From assembly GCA_030704615.1 (NCBI GenBank), contig CM060732.1:75950001-76014000 (forward strand): a DNA stretch of 64,000 nucleotides, read 5' to 3'. The number at the start of each line of letters is the position of its first letter. Position 1 is the first letter of the stretch. The DNA is from Takakia lepidozioides (taxonomy: Eukaryota; Plantae; Bryophyta). Under the pieces are notes generated by a model. The model saw only the letters and a program-made list of their open reading frames with translations. It searched no databases and was not told where the DNA came from. Both the position numbers and the translations under genes were made by a program. Positions 61,501 through 64,000 of this stretch are shown here, in pieces.

Positions 61501-61707
61501 GCACTGGCAACCACACGGCAGGTGCCATCGCCTCCATGACTTTCTAGCATGCAGTCCCAGTGGTGAATGGCAATGTTATTTGTGTTCTCTGCAGGCTACG
61601 AGCCATATCTTCTAACAAAACATCAGCTATAGTCAAGCTTTATGGGCTCTAGCCACACAGTTGATGGATGCAAAGAGGCCTGGAGACCTTAACCAAGCCT
61701 TGATGGA

Positions 61708-63720
61708 ATACCCTAGTGGATATGTAGGCAAAATGTGGGTGTATCGGTGAGGCAAAGGGAGTGTTCAACACTATGGCTAAACGGGATGTGGTGTCGTGGA
61801 GTGCGATGCTTGCAGGGTATGCACAGCAGGGACGTGGGATGGAGGCTTTGGAAACCTATGAGCAAATGATGGGGGAAGGGGTTAAGCCCGGCGACATCAT
61901 GTTTGTATGCATTGTAGGCCTGGCAGCCCTGGAGAAGGGTAAAGAGGTGCATGGGGATCTCATCAAAGCTGGAATTGTACCTTATGTCATTCCATACACT
62001 GCCTTAGCAGCTCTGGAAAAGGGGAAGGAGGTCCATGGTGACACCTTCAGAGCTGGAATTGTACCAATTGTCATTTTGAACAATACCCTAGTGGATATGT
62101 AGGCAAAATGTGGGTGCATCGGGGAGGCAAAGGAAGTGTTCAACACTATGGCTGAACGGGATGTGGTCGTCGTGGAGTGCGATGCTTGAAGGGTATGCAC
62201 AGTAGGGACGTGGGATGGAGGCTTTGGAGACCTGTGAGCAAATGATGAGGGAAGGGGTTCAGTCCGGCCACATCATGTTTGTATGCATTGCAGGCCTGGC
62301 AGCCCTGGAGAAGGGCAAAGAGGTGCATGGGGATATCATCAAAGCTGGAATTGTACCTAATGTCATTCGAAACACTGCCCTGGCAGCTTAAGAAAAGGGG
62401 AAGGAGGTTCATGGTGACACCTTCAGAACTGGAATTGTACCAAATGTCATTTTGAACAATACCATAGTGGACATATAGGCAAAATGTGGGTGCATTCGGG
62501 GATGCAAAGGGAGTATTCAACACTATGGCTGATCGAGATGTGGTTCGTGGAGTGCGATGCTTGCAGGGTATGCACAGCAGGGACGTGGGATGGAGTCTTT
62601 GGAGACCTATGTGCAAATGATGGGGGAAGGGGTTAAGCCCGGCCACATCATGTTTGTATACATTGCAGGCCTGGCAGCCCTGGAGAAGGGCAAAGAGGTG
62701 CATGGGGATATCATCAAAGCTGGAATTGTACCTAATGTCATTTGAAACACTGCCCTGGCAGCTCTGGAAAAGGTGAAGGAGGTCCATGGTGACACCTTCA
62801 GAACTGGAATTGTACCAAATGTCATTTTGAACAATACCCTAGTGGACATGTATGCAAAATGTGGGTGCATCGAGGATGCAAAGGGAGTGTCCAACACTAT
62901 GGCTGAACGAGATGTGGTGTCGTGGAGTGCGATGCTTGAAGGGTATGCACAGCAGGGATGTGGGATGGAGGCTTTGGAGACCTATGAGCAAATGATGGGG
63001 GAAGGGGTTCAGCCCGGCCACATCATGTTTGTGTGCATTGCAGGTCTGGCAGCCCTGATTTAAATCACGCACCTCAACCATACCACAGCTTCTTAAAGAG
63101 GATCAAGAGAGGGAGTCCATAATGCCTCTTCTTGCTCTTCTGGGCATGTGAAGATGCTTTGTGAGGCAGGTAGACTGAAAGAGGCTCTACAACCTTTAAA
63201 CCAAGGAGCATTTCAGTCACATTATCCAAAGTGGATTCACACCAAGTGTTTTTCTCCTCAACCCCCTTGTGAACATGGATGTTAAGTGCAGGAGCATCAT
63301 GAATGCACACCGAGTGTTCAATGGAATGCCTCAACGAACTTTGATCACGTTGAATATAATGTTGGCAGGATTTAACATGGGTGTGGTAGGAATGCTTTGG
63401 AGACCTATGAGCAACTGCTGCGCGAAGGGGTGAAGCCCAACCACATCACATTTGTTTGTAATGCACGTGCAAGCCTGGGAGCTCTGGAAAAGGGCAAAGA
63501 GGTCCATGGTGACATCGTCAAATATGGAATTGTACCCAATGTCATTCTGAACACTGCCCTGATGGACTACATGTATGCCAAATGTGGGTGCATCGAGGAT
63601 GCAAAGGAAGTGTTTGACAATATGGCTGAACGAGATGTGGTGTCGTGGAGTGCGATGATTGCAGGATATGCACAGCAAGGGCGCGGATGGAGGCTTTGGA
63701 GACCTATGAGCAATGATGTC
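61708..63720 (+). pseudogene. PLS-class PPR pseudogene built from ~375-bp tandem repeats
   Basis: [49 protein letters not shown]...ALEKGKEVHG motifs. Units start at ~61708, 62082, 62458, 62833, with a further unit at ~63390-63720. Stops and frameshifts. Confidence 0.9.
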
Positions 63721-64000
63721 GGAAGGGGTGATTCCCCGTGGAAAAATAGCTCCAAGAAACCTGCATGGATAGATGGTCAACTGGAAGCCGCAGCAAGAGT
63801 GGCACAATTGATAAAATCAGGCAATGCTAATCAAGGCACCTTCTTCAACCCATTTCACTCTGTTTTCCCCTCTTATCAGAATCGCCCTAAATTTTCATGT
63901 TTTAAGAATTCTGCAAGTTAGCTGGTTGAGTGAACCTTTGATAGTTTGGAGTGACTTTGACATGATACTGCCAAAGTGACAATAGGAAAGTATCCAGAAA

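Overview
Eukaryotic, intron-containing DNA from a land plant, most likely a non-seed plant (bryophyte/lycophyte/fern-like; this is inference from gene content). 1-20 kb is ordinary gene space. It holds the 5' part of a CLC anion transporter (minus strand, running off the left edge, with an atypical GGG selectivity loop), a complete-looking MUS81, intronic stacks of LINE 3' ends next to microsatellites, and a phytocyanin gene with an inverted partial duplicate. 21.9-31.5 kb holds an F-box pseudogene split by an internally deleted Copia element (LTRs, PBS, PPT and ATTAG TSD visible) and a second, 5'-truncated Copia. The standout is 31.5-55.7 kb: a ~15.3-kb element bounded by imperfect 30-bp terminal inverted repeats, followed by a partial sibling copy. 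It encodes a decayed Sola1/DUF7869-like DDE transposase. Divergently from it lies intron-containing cargo: a ParB/Srx-like domain fused to a degenerate amino-methyltransferase-like domain with an acidic tail, plus three FCP1-like HAD phosphatase-type domains. The element carries at least 13 copies of a 24-bp palindrome (AACCTCCACTG-NN-CAGTGGAGGTT), spaced about every 1.1-1.2 kb across the cargo. This suggests a ParB/parS-like or VANC-like self-recognition system in a plant giant transposon. The right end contains CACTA, MITE and Gypsy remnants, a CONSTANS-like B-box fragment and a tandemly amplified PPR pseudogene. All domain calls are by eye from motifs; no searches were run.
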